A stretch of DNA of 24,520 nt, taken from assembly GCA_035389045.1 (NCBI GenBank), contig DAOORA010000013.1, positions 62,001 through 86,520 on the forward strand. Reading direction: 5' to 3'. Positions 1 through 9,001 of the stretch are shown one piece after another. The position numbers and the translations under genes are program-made. How positions within the stretch are numbered: the stretch's first letter is position 1; every line of letters starts with the position of its first letter. The notes beneath the pieces are model-generated. The model was not told the origin of the DNA and made no database searches. It saw nothing but the letters and a program-made list of their open reading frames with translations. This DNA comes from Bacteroidales bacterium (lineage in GTDB: Bacteria > Bacteroidota > Bacteroidia > Bacteroidales > CAIWKO01).

Positions 1-1
1 C

Positions 2-151
2 CTGATTGGAAAATCCGACATATGAATTGAGTTGCCAGTAAGTAGATTCACATATGGGTATAGCGCCAAGGCAGTCTTGCACAGATTGAGCCCTGATAAA
101 ATCCTGGGAAACAGCAATCAGTAAAAATATCAGGATGAGAACTTTCTTCAT
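2..151 (-). CDS. 5' part of a secreted protein that runs off the window start; probably a T9SS/gliding-motility-associated surface protein
   Basis: Manual translation from the ATG at 151 gives MKKVLILIFLLIAVSQDFIRAQSVQDCLGAIPICESTYWQLNSYVGFSNQ with no stop before the edge. It has a Sec signal peptide (A|Q cleavage) and a QDCxGAIPxC N-terminal motif typical of Bacteroidota secreted proteins. Not in the ORF track. Confidence 0.7.
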   Translation of the reverse strand, partial: MKKVLILIFLLIAVSQDFIRAQSVQDCLGAIPICESTYWQLNSYVGFSNQ

Positions 152-485
152 GAACAATCTGATTATTTGCCTTAGCGAAACTACATGTTTTTCAGTAAAT
201 AAAACTCAGGACAATATCATTAGTAAAATTATATAATTTTTATATCTGTTGTCAAGGTTTTATTAACATTTAATTTTAGTAATATTTAGTAATTGTTTTT
301 TCATACAAATAACGTAAGATATTTGCTGTTACTTTGTTTTTTTTCAGATTACTTGCAAGATAGCACTAACAATAACATTGTTAAGGTTTTAAGTAACATA
401 AAAAAATATGAAAGAAATCTTTTGTGTGGATTGTGACTGTTTGAAACATTTGCATTACGATTTTGTAACGCAAGTTGTTATTAAT

Positions 486-1352
486 TCAGGCAGGCAAGGT
501 ATCACCTGATGTTGATGCCGGGTATATTTTATTCACTAATGTCAGACATTCCTGTGCTTCTTTAACATCGTGCACCCTAATGATGGCAGCATTGTTCAGG
601 CAGGCTAAAGTATGCAAAACAGTGGTACCGTTAAGGGCTTCGGCAGGGGTACATTTTAATGTTTTCCAGATCATTGATTTTCTTGAAATACCAATTAACA
701 ATGGATGTGGTAAAAATCTGAACAGGTGGATTTCACGGAGCAGTTGCATGTTATGTTCCGGTGTTTTACCGAATCCAAAGCCGGGATCAATGATGATATC
801 GTTTATTCCCATGTGTCGGAGCTGGCTGGATTTTTCAGCGAAAAAATTAATTATTTCTTTGGTGACATTCTGATAAACAGGATTTTGTTGCATGGTCTCC
901 GGTGTTCCGCTGATGTGCATTAAAATATAGGGAACTCTGAGATATGCTATTGTCTGATACATGTCAGGGTCCATGGTACCACCGGAGATATCATTGATAA
1001 TAGCGGCCCCGGCATGGACAGCTTCATGAGCAACTGCCGCCCTGTAAGTGTCGATGGAAATGATGGCATCGGGGAAGTGAGCGGCCAGCGAATCAAGAAC
1101 AAATACCACTTTTTTAATTTCTTCTTTTTCATCAACGGCCTTTGCCCCAGGCCTGGTCGAAACGCATCCCACATCAATGATATCAGCGCCTTCATCCAGC
1201 ATTTTTCCGGTACGTTCAAGCCAGGATTTTTCATCCGAATAGCGGTCTCCGTCAAAAAATGAATCGGGAGTAACATTCAGTATCCCCATGATGAGAGGTT
1301 TTTCGAGTGATACTAATTTGCCCCGGCAATTCAGAAACCGATTATTCACCAT
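486..1352 (-). CDS. folP: Dihydropteroate synthase
   Basis: Motifs IMGILNVTPDSFFDG, IIDVGCVSTRPGA, SIDTY, INDISGG, LMH, IIDPGFGFGK, GISRKS and IIRVHDV. Start moved to the ATG at 1352 (MVNNRF); the longer ORF-track extension overlaps the divergent gene and promoter. Confidence 0.96.
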   Translation of the reverse strand: MVNNRFLNCRGKLVSLEKPLIMGILNVTPDSFFDGDRYSDEKSWLERTGKMLDEGADIIDVGCVSTRPGAKAVDEKEEIKKVVFVLDSLAAHFPDAIISIDTYRAAVAHEAVHAGAAIINDISGGTMDPDMYQTIAYLRVPYILMHISGTPETMQQNPVYQNVTKEIINFFAEKSSQLRHMGINDIIIDPGFGFGKTPEHNMQLLREIHLFRFLPHPLLIGISRKSMIWKTLKCTPAEALNGTTVLHTLACLNNAAIIRVHDVKEAQECLTLVNKIYPASTSGDTLPA

Positions 1353-1369
1353 TGTTATTTTAAATTTTT

Positions 1370-1377
1370 TATCTTTG
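1370..1377 (+). promoter_or_regulatory. Bacteroidota sigma70 -7 element (TATCTTTG) for the DUF1599 operon
   Basis: Matches TAnnTTTG and lies about 30 nt upstream of the ATG at 1410. Confidence 0.65.
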
Positions 1378-1392
1378 CGAGTTACTTTTTTA

Positions 1393-1400
1393 CAAAAATA
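1393..1400 (-). promoter_or_regulatory. Bacteroidota -7 element (TATTTTTG) for folP
   Basis: caaaaata on + reads TATTTTTG on -, about 40 nt upstream of the folP ATG. Confidence 0.55.
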
Positions 1401-1409
1401 ATAAAATAC

Positions 1410-1955
1410 ATGAACCTTACGGATAAAGAATACGACGAAGCCATAGCGGTGTGCAGAGAACTTTTTGTAAAAAAAATGAATGATTATGGCACGGCATGGC
1501 GGATTTTGCGTCCGAAATCCATCACCGACCAGATATTTATCAAGGCACAGCGCATCAGGAGTATCGAGGAAAAGGGTACACAGAAGGTTTCCGAAGGGAT
1601 ATATTCCGAATTCATCGGGATTGTTAATTATTCGGTTATGGCGTTGATACAACTGGAACTAAATGATTACGACACTATTAATCTTGAAATCCCGAAGGCC
1701 AGCCAGTTGTATGATAAGTATGTTCAGTTGGCTAAACGCCTGATGCAGAACAAAAATCACGACTACGGCGAAGCATGGAGGGATATGCGGATCAGTTCCC
1801 TTACCGATATCATATTGATGAAAATTTTTCGCACCAAGCAAATAGAGGACAATCAGGGAGTTACACAGGTTTCGGAAGGCGTTGATGCCAATTATTTCGA
1901 TATGATCAATTATGCGGTCTTTGCATTAATCAAAATCAACAAAGAAAAAAAATAA
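1410..1955 (+). CDS. DUF1599 domain-containing protein (two tandem domains)
   Basis: Internal duplication KKMNDYGTAWR...IKAQRIRSIE...VSEG...IVNYSVMALI / NKNHDYGEAWR...MKIFRTKQIE...VSEG...MINYAVFALI. This gene is a usual neighbour of folP in Bacteroidota. Confidence 0.88.
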   Translation: MNLTDKEYDEAIAVCRELFVKKMNDYGTAWRILRPKSITDQIFIKAQRIRSIEEKGTQKVSEGIYSEFIGIVNYSVMALIQLELNDYDTINLEIPKASQLYDKYVQLAKRLMQNKNHDYGEAWRDMRISSLTDIILMKIFRTKQIEDNQGVTQVSEGVDANYFDMINYAVFALIKINKEKK

Positions 1956-1969
1956 TAAAATAAATTACT

Positions 1970-3223
1970 ATGAGTGCTAATCTTATTGTCATTGTTATTC
2001 TTATCTCCATTGCTGTTGCAGATTTGATGCTGTATGTTTTTTCGAAGCGTTTGCGGATGTTTTCCATACATTTGGCGCGTGTGCTGCTGGGACTGGTGTT
2101 TATTTTCTCAGGATTTGTCAAAGCAGTCGATCCTTTGGGGTCGATGTACAAGTTTGACGATTATTTCGATGCTTTTGGCATGGAATGGCTGAAGCCGGCC
2201 TCATTGGTTCTGGGATTTGCGCTTTTTTGTTCGGAATTTATCATCGGATTTTGCTTTCTCTTTAATATAAAGATGAAGTTTTTTTCATGGATCATGCTGT
2301 TGTACATGACTTTTTTTACCATACTCACTATTATTCTGGCTATCGGAAATCCTGTATCGGATTGCGGTTGTTTCGGCGATGCTATTATCCTGTCCAACTG
2401 GGAAACTTTCTTTAAGAATGTCGGTTTGATGATTCTGACTCTTATTGTTTTTTTTGGCAGAAACAAGATAAAAAACCGCTTTCCTGATATCTCACAATAC
2501 GGAATCATGTTCATCGGTTTTGCCATAATCCTTTGGATTTCCGTTTATTGTTACCGTCACCTGCCACTTATGGATTTCATGCCCTGGAAAATCGGGAACA
2601 ATATTTCAGAAAAAGTGGTTGACACCCCTGAAATTGCCGAAATAAAACTCGTATATAAACATAAAGAAACGGGCGAACTGTTCAAATATACCAGTAAGAC
2701 TTTACCCTGGCAGGATACCGCCTTTTTTAATAAACTTGAATTTGTAGACCAGGAAAAAACGGTAATTCAGGAGTATAAACCTGCCCCCGTCCATGATTTT
2801 ATGGTTGATGACCTGAACAAGGTCAACCATAATGCGGACATCATCGGGAATCCCGGTTTTCAGTTTATCCTGGTAAGCCATGACATCGCGGAAGCTGAGA
2901 AATCGGTTTTTCCGGTACTTAATGTATTTTACGAACAGTGTGCGAAAGACACTATAGGTTTTGCCGCGCTGTGCGGTTCAGATTTTATCACTATTGGTAA
3001 ATTAAGGGAAGAGGTCAAAGCTGCTTATGAGTTTTATACGGTTGATGAAACTGCCCTGAAAAGTGTGGTCCGTTCCAACCCCGGGCTGGTGCTGCTGAAA
3101 AATGGCGTCGTGCTTGACAAATGGGCATGGCGCGACCTACCTGATTATAAGCAATTTAAGGAAAAAATGCCGGATTACGAAAAAATGCTGCTTGAACTTT
3201 CTGCCGGTAAAACAGGCAAATAA
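1970..3223 (+). CDS. BT_3928-family DoxX/MauE-like membrane protein with a C-terminal thioredoxin-like domain
   Basis: R..LGLVFIFSGFVKAVDP.G, DCGCFGDAI.LSNWETFFKN, several TM helices, and C-terminal VRSNPGLVLLKNG..KW. Confidence 0.85.
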   Translation: MSANLIVIVILISIAVADLMLYVFSKRLRMFSIHLARVLLGLVFIFSGFVKAVDPLGSMYKFDDYFDAFGMEWLKPASLVLGFALFCSEFIIGFCFLFNIKMKFFSWIMLLYMTFFTILTIILAIGNPVSDCGCFGDAIILSNWETFFKNVGLMILTLIVFFGRNKIKNRFPDISQYGIMFIGFAIILWISVYCYRHLPLMDFMPWKIGNNISEKVVDTPEIAEIKLVYKHKETGELFKYTSKTLPWQDTAFFNKLEFVDQEKTVIQEYKPAPVHDFMVDDLNKVNHNADIIGNPGFQFILVSHDIAEAEKSVFPVLNVFYEQCAKDTIGFAALCGSDFITIGKLREEVKAAYEFYTVDETALKSVVRSNPGLVLLKNGVVLDKWAWRDLPDYKQFKEKMPDYEKMLLELSAGKTGK

Positions 3224-3229
3224 CAGGCC

Positions 3230-4312
3230 ATGCTCCGGTATATTGCCAAACGGTTGTTCTATGGGTTTCTGGTCTTATTCGGAGTTATTACCATCGTATT
3301 TTTATTATTTAATGTGCTTCCTGCCGATCCTGCCCGCATGATGTTAGGCCAGCGTGCCGACAGCGCGTCAGTGGAGGCTGTCAACAGGGACCTGGGACGC
3401 GACAAACCGCTATACCTGCAATATATTAATTACCTCAATGATCTGTCGCCGGTTTCCGTACATAATATTTCTGACCGGAACAGCTTTTTCTTTCTTGATG
3501 AAACAAAATATAAGCCTTACATGCGCTTGTTTCATATTTCGGCAACGAAAGCAGTGGTGTTAAAATCACCTTATCTGCGCCGTTCTTATCAGAGCAAGGC
3601 AAAGGTTTCGGATATACTTATGGAAGCCTTTCCTCTTACGGCGCTGCTGGCTGTGGTGGCTATAGCATTTGCTGCGGTGGTGGGTGTTTTCACGGGCATT
3701 TTGTGCGCCATTAAAAAAGATTCGTGGTTCGACCGGCTGGCTATGTTCATTTCGGTGATCGGAATGTCGGTGCCGTCATTTTTTGCTGCCATTGTCATCG
3801 CATGGCTTTTTGCTTTTGTTTTGGGCGAATACACTCATTTGAACATGATAGGAAGTTTATATACTATAGATGATTTTGGTGAAGGCGTCCATCTCGATCT
3901 GAAAAATATCATACTCCCTGCATTCACGCTTGGCATCCGGCCACTGGCCGTTATCATTGAACTCACACGAAGTTCCATGCTTGAGGTGCTCACGCAGGAT
4001 TATATAAGGACAGCTAAAGCCAAGGGTTTTTCTTTTAACCGTATCATCAGGCGTCATGCGCTGAAGAATGTAATGAATCCTGTGGTCACAGCTATTTCAG
4101 GATGGTTTGCCTCATTGATGGCCGGGGCGGTATTTGTGGAATATGTATTTGACTGGAAAGGTATGGGCATGGTGATGGTCGACGGGCTGAACAAATACGA
4201 TTTTCCTGTAGTGATGGGCTCGCTGCTGTTTATTGCCGTGATACTGGTTGTGATCAATATCCTGACGGATATCACTTACGGCTTACTCGATCCGAGAGTC
4301 AGGTTAACATGA
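3230..4312 (+). CDS. ABC transporter permease, DppB/OppB type
   Basis: N-terminal MLRYIAKRL...PADPARMMLG, GRDKPLYLQY, and EAA-loop region RSSMLEVLTQDYIRTAKAKG...RHALKN; ends YGLLDPRVR. Confidence 0.92.
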   Translation: MLRYIAKRLFYGFLVLFGVITIVFLLFNVLPADPARMMLGQRADSASVEAVNRDLGRDKPLYLQYINYLNDLSPVSVHNISDRNSFFFLDETKYKPYMRLFHISATKAVVLKSPYLRRSYQSKAKVSDILMEAFPLTALLAVVAIAFAAVVGVFTGILCAIKKDSWFDRLAMFISVIGMSVPSFFAAIVIAWLFAFVLGEYTHLNMIGSLYTIDDFGEGVHLDLKNIILPAFTLGIRPLAVIIELTRSSMLEVLTQDYIRTAKAKGFSFNRIIRRHALKNVMNPVVTAISGWFASLMAGAVFVEYVFDWKGMGMVMVDGLNKYDFPVVMGSLLFIAVILVVINILTDITYGLLDPRVRLT

Positions 4313-5170
4313 CCTGCACTTTATAAAACGGGCCTTACCGTTGATATCCTGTTCTATTTCTACTTCTGAAAAATGGTATTGCTGCGCCAGCAGTTTCAGT
4401 TCTTCTGATTTATTTTCATTGATCTCCAAATAAATCTTTGACCCTTTCTTTTTCGATATCGCAAATCGAAAAATAGCATCATAATAGTTCAGCGGGTTTG
4501 AATCCGTTACAAACAGGGCTGTATGAGGTTCGTATTCCAACACATTCGGATTCATCAGGGACTTTTCTGATTCGGTAATATAGGGTGGATTGGATACAAT
4601 AATATCATATTCCTGCAAATCTTTCCAGTGGGCTTCGCTCAATATATCAGATAAAATAAACTGAATATGAACCTTATTTAAGCTGGCATTCCTTTGAGCC
4701 ATTGCAAGTGCAGACTCAGAAATGTCTGTTGCTGTAACCTCAGCGCCGGGCAGATTTTTTTTCAGCGCCACGGCGATACTTCCGCTTCCGGTGCCGATAT
4801 CAAGGATTTTTAATGCGTTTTCATGATTGTTTTCCTGTACGATCATGTTCACCAGCTCTTCGGTTTCGGGACGCGGGATCAGCACCGCAGGTGTTACCAA
4901 AAATTCTAATCCGCAGAAATATGTTTTACCGATGATGTACTGTAAAGGTTTCTGTTGTTCAAGCTCTTTCACTGCATCATACACCCGTAACAGTTCCGAT
5001 TCGTTAATGGTTTCATGTTCCGAAGCCAGAAGTTTTGTTTTGTTCATACCGCAGTATGTTTCAAACAAAATGAAAATAAACGCATTCACTTCTTCATCAG
5101 GATATAAGCCTTTAAGCTGTTTTTTTATAAATGATTTTATATCGGCGATTTTGTTTGAAGCAACTTTCAA
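4304..5170 (-). CDS. prmC: Peptide chain release factor N5-glutamine methyltransferase
   Basis: PLQYIIG, VLIPRPETEEL, LDIGTGSGSIA, IVSNPPYI, YEPHTALF. TTG start; the 3' end overlaps the convergent permease by 9 bp. Confidence 0.95.
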   Translation of the reverse strand: MKVASNKIADIKSFIKKQLKGLYPDEEVNAFIFILFETYCGMNKTKLLASEHETINESELLRVYDAVKELEQQKPLQYIIGKTYFCGLEFLVTPAVLIPRPETEELVNMIVQENNHENALKILDIGTGSGSIAVALKKNLPGAEVTATDISESALAMAQRNASLNKVHIQFILSDILSEAHWKDLQEYDIIVSNPPYITESEKSLMNPNVLEYEPHTALFVTDSNPLNYYDAIFRFAISKKKGSKIYLEINENKSEELKLLAQQYHFSEVEIEQDINGKARFIKCRSC

Positions 5171-5233
5171 GATGCAGTAATTTATTTAATAATTTTATTT
5201 ATCTTATATTTATGACGTCCGGATAGTGAAAAA

Positions 5234-6421
5234 TTATTCCACGAACAGTACCAGGCCTTTCAAGTATTCGCCTTCGGGATGGAAAGCGTTTACGGGGTGG
5301 TCGGGCGGCTGGGTCAGCGTGCCGATGATCTTTACATTTCTTATGCTGTTTATGGCTGCTGCTATGATCGTGGAACGGAAGAGTGCGGTGTCTACCACCT
5401 GCGAACAGGAGAATGTGAATAAAAAACCGCCGCTGTTGATTTTTTGCAGTGCTGCTTCATTTAACCGGCGGTAACCCTGCATGGCGGTATGTCTTGTTTT
5501 CAGGTGTTTTGCGTAGGCCGGCGGATCTAAAACGATAACATCATAACAGGCATCGTTTTCCCTGAGAAAATTCATCACATCCGATCTGAATGATTTGTGG
5601 CGCTGGCCGGACATGCCATTCAGTTCTATATTTTTATCGGTCATTTCAATGGCGCGTGCGGAAGAATCCACGGAATGCACCAGGGAGGCTCCTGCATTGA
5701 GGGCATATACCGAGAAACCTCCGGAATAGCAGAAGGTATTAAGTACTTTTTTGTCTTCACAAAAGGGCATTATGCCCAAACGGTTCATGCGCTGATCGAG
5801 AAAAAAACCTGTCTTTTGCCCTTGTTCCCAGTCTACAAAAAAACGGTTCCCGTTTTCGGTAATGATGGGATCTGCAGCATCGCCAATGAGGTATCCGTCA
5901 TGGACATCTTCAGAAAATTTTGCCGGCAGCGTTTCTTTGCTTTTCAGGTATACCGACCGGAGCTTATCTCCGTAAAGGTCTTTAAGAATTTCTGCAAATC
6001 CCTGTCGAAGCAGGTACATGCCATAGGTGTGGCATTGTATCACGGCTGTACCGTTGTAGAAGTCAACGATAAGCCCGGGTAGTCCGTCGCCTTCCCCATG
6101 AACCAGCCGGTAGGCATTGGTGGAGGGATTGTTGCACAATCCCAGCTTTTTCCGGTAATTCAAAGCGCTTTCAAATCTGTTCTTCCAGAAATTTTTTTCA
6201 CAGTCGGTTTTTTCAAATGAAAAAATCCTGGCTGTTATCGAACCTTCGTTGTAATGGCCTGTACCTAAAAATTCATGGTGTGCCGAATATACTTCTATGA
6301 TGCAGCCTTCGGTTACCATGCCTGTGATCTTTTGTATGGCGCCTGAAAAAACCCAGGGATGAAAACGGCGGAGCGCTTCATCTTTTCCCTGTTTTAAAAT
6401 TATTTTTGGGAACACAGTCAT
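5234..6421 (-). CDS. rlmI: 23S rRNA m5C1962 methyltransferase, RlmI-like
   Basis: PUA-like HPWVFSGAI, RLVHGEGDGLPGLIVD, GQKTGFFLDQR, LNTFCYSGGFS, DVIVLDPPAY, FSCS, DHP...EGEYLKGL. Confidence 0.9.
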   Translation of the reverse strand: MTVFPKIILKQGKDEALRRFHPWVFSGAIQKITGMVTEGCIIEVYSAHHEFLGTGHYNEGSITARIFSFEKTDCEKNFWKNRFESALNYRKKLGLCNNPSTNAYRLVHGEGDGLPGLIVDFYNGTAVIQCHTYGMYLLRQGFAEILKDLYGDKLRSVYLKSKETLPAKFSEDVHDGYLIGDAADPIITENGNRFFVDWEQGQKTGFFLDQRMNRLGIMPFCEDKKVLNTFCYSGGFSVYALNAGASLVHSVDSSARAIEMTDKNIELNGMSGQRHKSFRSDVMNFLRENDACYDVIVLDPPAYAKHLKTRHTAMQGYRRLNEAALQKINSGGFLFTFSCSQVVDTALFRSTIIAAAINSIRNVKIIGTLTQPPDHPVNAFHPEGEYLKGLVLFVE

Positions 6422-7011
6422 ATTTTTTTCTGGTATCTGGTAAATACAAAACGGTAGGGAAGCAGGGCATCATCGCCGGCATAGTCCACACCGATGCGTG
6501 TTCCGGTATATATTTCATGTTCCTGTGCCTCGATTCCTTCATCTTCAATCCATATATTGCTGCCGCACAGGTCGGTGCCTGAGTGTGAAAAGTGAATACC
6601 CAGCGCCCTGGCAACTTTTCCGGGGCCCGTACCGAAATCTTTATCCACCTTGCTTTTACCTGTCCGGTTCAACATGACATCGATCCCTGTCATCGGTGAA
6701 ATGCCGCGTATCAGCACAGCGTCAGGGACATCCCTGCGGTTGGTGACGACATTGAAAAGCGAATGTACCCCATAGCACAAATAGACGTAAGCCGTACCAC
6801 CCTGTGAATACATGGTTTCGGTGCGTTGCGACCGCTTTCCGTTATAGGCATGAGAAGCATGGTCGCGGATGCCGGCATAAGCCTCTGTTTCTGTAATAAT
6901 GCCGCCGCAGCATTTGCCTTCAAATTTGGTATACAGAACTTTTCCGAGAAGCTCGCGGGCTATCAGAACCACATCTTCACGGAGATAAAAATCTTCAGGT
7001 AATTTTGACAA
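6418..7011 (-). CDS. DNA-3-methyladenine glycosylase (MPG/AAG family)
   Basis: ARELLGK, ITETEAY, DHASHA, AYVYLCYGVH, NVVT, AVLIRG, GPGKV, TRIGV. Start is probably the TTG at 7011, because a -7 promoter element lies at 7024-7031 inside the ORF-track extension. Overlaps rlmI by 4 bp. Confidence 0.92.
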   Translation of the reverse strand: MSKLPEDFYLREDVVLIARELLGKVLYTKFEGKCCGGIITETEAYAGIRDHASHAYNGKRSQRTETMYSQGGTAYVYLCYGVHSLFNVVTNRRDVPDAVLIRGISPMTGIDVMLNRTGKSKVDKDFGTGPGKVARALGIHFSHSGTDLCGSNIWIEDEGIEAQEHEIYTGTRIGVDYAGDDALLPYRFVFTRYQKKI

Positions 7012-7023
7012 TGCTTTTTTCTG

Positions 7024-7031
7024 CAAAAATA
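7024..7031 (-). promoter_or_regulatory. -7 element (TATTTTTG) for the glycosylase-rlmI(-prmC) unit
   Basis: caaaaata on + matches TAnnTTTG on -. Confidence 0.55.
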
Positions 7032-7056
7032 ATAAAATGAGCAAGGCTAATTTTTA

Positions 7057-7064
7057 TATTTTTG
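7057..7064 (+). promoter_or_regulatory. -7 element (TATTTTTG) for the GT-C gene
   Basis: TAnnTTTG about 27 nt upstream of the ATG at 7092; back-to-back with the divergent promoter. Confidence 0.55.
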
Positions 7065-7091
7065 TACAATTCACTATAAATAATTATTCTG

Positions 7092-8984
7092 ATGGAAAAT
7101 AAGATCAGAAAACAACCTCAGCACAAAAAACCTCCGGTAAAAGCGCAACCACAGATACCGGTCGCCGTCAAAACCAATACCTCCTCCAATGCAGGGGCTA
7201 TTGCTTTTTTTGTACTGCTGGCCATTTCTTTTATCATTTTTGCAAACAATTTTTTTAACATCAAAGAGCTTACCAGTACCTACATTAAGACACACGCTTC
7301 GTGGGTGATCTCTGCACAGTTTGTTTTATATGTTGTTGTATATGGCGTGTTTGGATATTTCGGTTTTAGTTATATTAAAGGAAAATCCGTCAGCAGGAGT
7401 TCCATGATACTGATGCTGGTGGCTTTTGTTGCTGTTTTGCTGCTGCATTACCTCGCATTCAACAGGGCTTTTGAAGATGTGGATGATAATGCCTCTTATA
7501 TGATAGCCGCCAAATCGCTTGTGGATAAAGGGGCGCCTTATTATCTGTATTTGCCTGACATGCCTCCCGATACCGAAGGAGCTTTAGGGCTGCCTCTCAT
7601 GCTCATACCGTTTTACCTGATATGGGGGATGAATTATGTGCCTATGGAAATGCTGATCTTCTTTACCATGGCAGCATCGGTGATATTGTCTTTCTTACTT
7701 TTCAGAAAGATTGCCGGGACGAATTTCGCTGTGCTCATCACCATTTTGTTTGCCACACACCCTTATATCGTTTCCTTTTCGAGTATCATCATGACAGAAA
7801 TACCCTATATTTTCTGGTCGTTGCTGGCTATTTACCTTTGCCTGAAATTCGAAGAAAAGCCAAAGATCAATTATTTGCTGCTGGCTGCGGCTTTACTGGC
7901 GATTATGATGACCTATCTTACCCGTGCCATCGGGGCGGGTTTTGTTGTTGCCGTGATGCTGTATTTTTTACTGAAATCCAATATCATCCGGAATATAAAG
8001 AACAAAACGATGCCTTTTTATAAAGATGTTGCTTTTGTGAAATTTATCCTGATATCGGCGCTGCTGCTGATACTTTTCCTTGTTTATCAGCTTTGGACAC
8101 GCTCACTTGGGGGAGGTTCGCAGGCAGAACTGCTGGCTAAAATGAGTCTTTATGACCAGTTCACAACAAATCTCGGATTGGTTTGGCAGGTGTTTTCACA
8201 GAATATCTTTTGTGGAAAACTGGCGCGTTACAGTGTCAATCCCGAATATCTTCAGCCGGTTAATTTCTTATGGGTGCTGATATTTCTGATTGTGATCACG
8301 GGTTTGGTATACAGTATCATAAAAAAAGAGCTTATAGGATTATATTTTATATTTGTTATGATTTTATTGCTGGTTGGAAATGTGGCTATGCAAGCCCTGA
8401 CCGTTTCCAGGTACCTGATTGTTTTTACGCCTTTTATGATTTATTTTTTGTTTTCCGGAATAAAATTATTGATCAGTCTGGCGGATAAGAAAGGGATCAT
8501 TGCAAAAACCGCAGGGATGGTTGTGTTGTGTTTTTTGCTTGGTAATTCGTTCATTGGCGATGCTTACAATGTGCAGCGTTCCACACAAGCCTCACTTTAT
8601 TCTCCGCCTTATCAGGCTTTCCTCGATTGTGCGGTATGGGCAAAAGACAACCTGCCCAAAGAATCGGTGGTTGCCAGCCGCAAGGAGCGTATTTTTTATA
8701 TTTTCAGTAATGGTTTACGCGGTTATAAGCATGTTTCCACGAATGAGATCACGCGTATGCAGCAAGCCAAAATGACCATGGATGAGTTTCAGCAGAAGAA
8801 ACTCGAAAAAATGGCATCCTATAATACCGATTATGTGATCATCGACACCTTCAATGCGGCTTCGGGGCAGCTTATTTATCCGATCATCGAAAAAAATCCG
8901 GATAAATTCAAATTACTGAAAATAATCGGTGATGAAAAGAGTGGCGCCTGTTATGTGTTTCAGGTCATTAAATGGTGGAAGTAA
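7092..8984 (+). CDS. GT-C fold integral membrane glycosyltransferase (ArnT/PMT-like)
   Basis: Many TM helices, a DD motif after an early TM (DVDDNASYMIAAKSL), MTEIPY, LTRAIG, RYL, and a C-terminal soluble WAKDNLPKESVV...DYVIID domain. Confidence 0.75.
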   Translation: MENKIRKQPQHKKPPVKAQPQIPVAVKTNTSSNAGAIAFFVLLAISFIIFANNFFNIKELTSTYIKTHASWVISAQFVLYVVVYGVFGYFGFSYIKGKSVSRSSMILMLVAFVAVLLLHYLAFNRAFEDVDDNASYMIAAKSLVDKGAPYYLYLPDMPPDTEGALGLPLMLIPFYLIWGMNYVPMEMLIFFTMAASVILSFLLFRKIAGTNFAVLITILFATHPYIVSFSSIIMTEIPYIFWSLLAIYLCLKFEEKPKINYLLLAAALLAIMMTYLTRAIGAGFVVAVMLYFLLKSNIIRNIKNKTMPFYKDVAFVKFILISALLLILFLVYQLWTRSLGGGSQAELLAKMSLYDQFTTNLGLVWQVFSQNIFCGKLARYSVNPEYLQPVNFLWVLIFLIVITGLVYSIIKKELIGLYFIFVMILLLVGNVAMQALTVSRYLIVFTPFMIYFLFSGIKLLISLADKKGIIAKTAGMVVLCFLLGNSFIGDAYNVQRSTQASLYSPPYQAFLDCAVWAKDNLPKESVVASRKERIFYIFSNGLRGYKHVSTNEITRMQQAKMTMDEFQQKKLEKMASYNTDYVIIDTFNAASGQLIYPIIEKNPDKFKLLKIIGDEKSGACYVFQVIKWWK

Positions 8985-9001
8985 AATCTTTTTACTAAGG
9001 T

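Noticed and set aside
1353..1652. 100-aa N-terminal extension of FolP in the ORF track
   Set aside because: It overlaps the divergent DUF1599 gene and both promoters; DHPS similarity starts at MVNNRF.
4304..7011. Two methyltransferases plus a glycosylase as a defence or DNA-modification system
   Set aside because: The motifs match housekeeping PrmC, RlmI and MPG. The NPPY/DPPAY motifs are explained by those families, and no nuclease partner is present.
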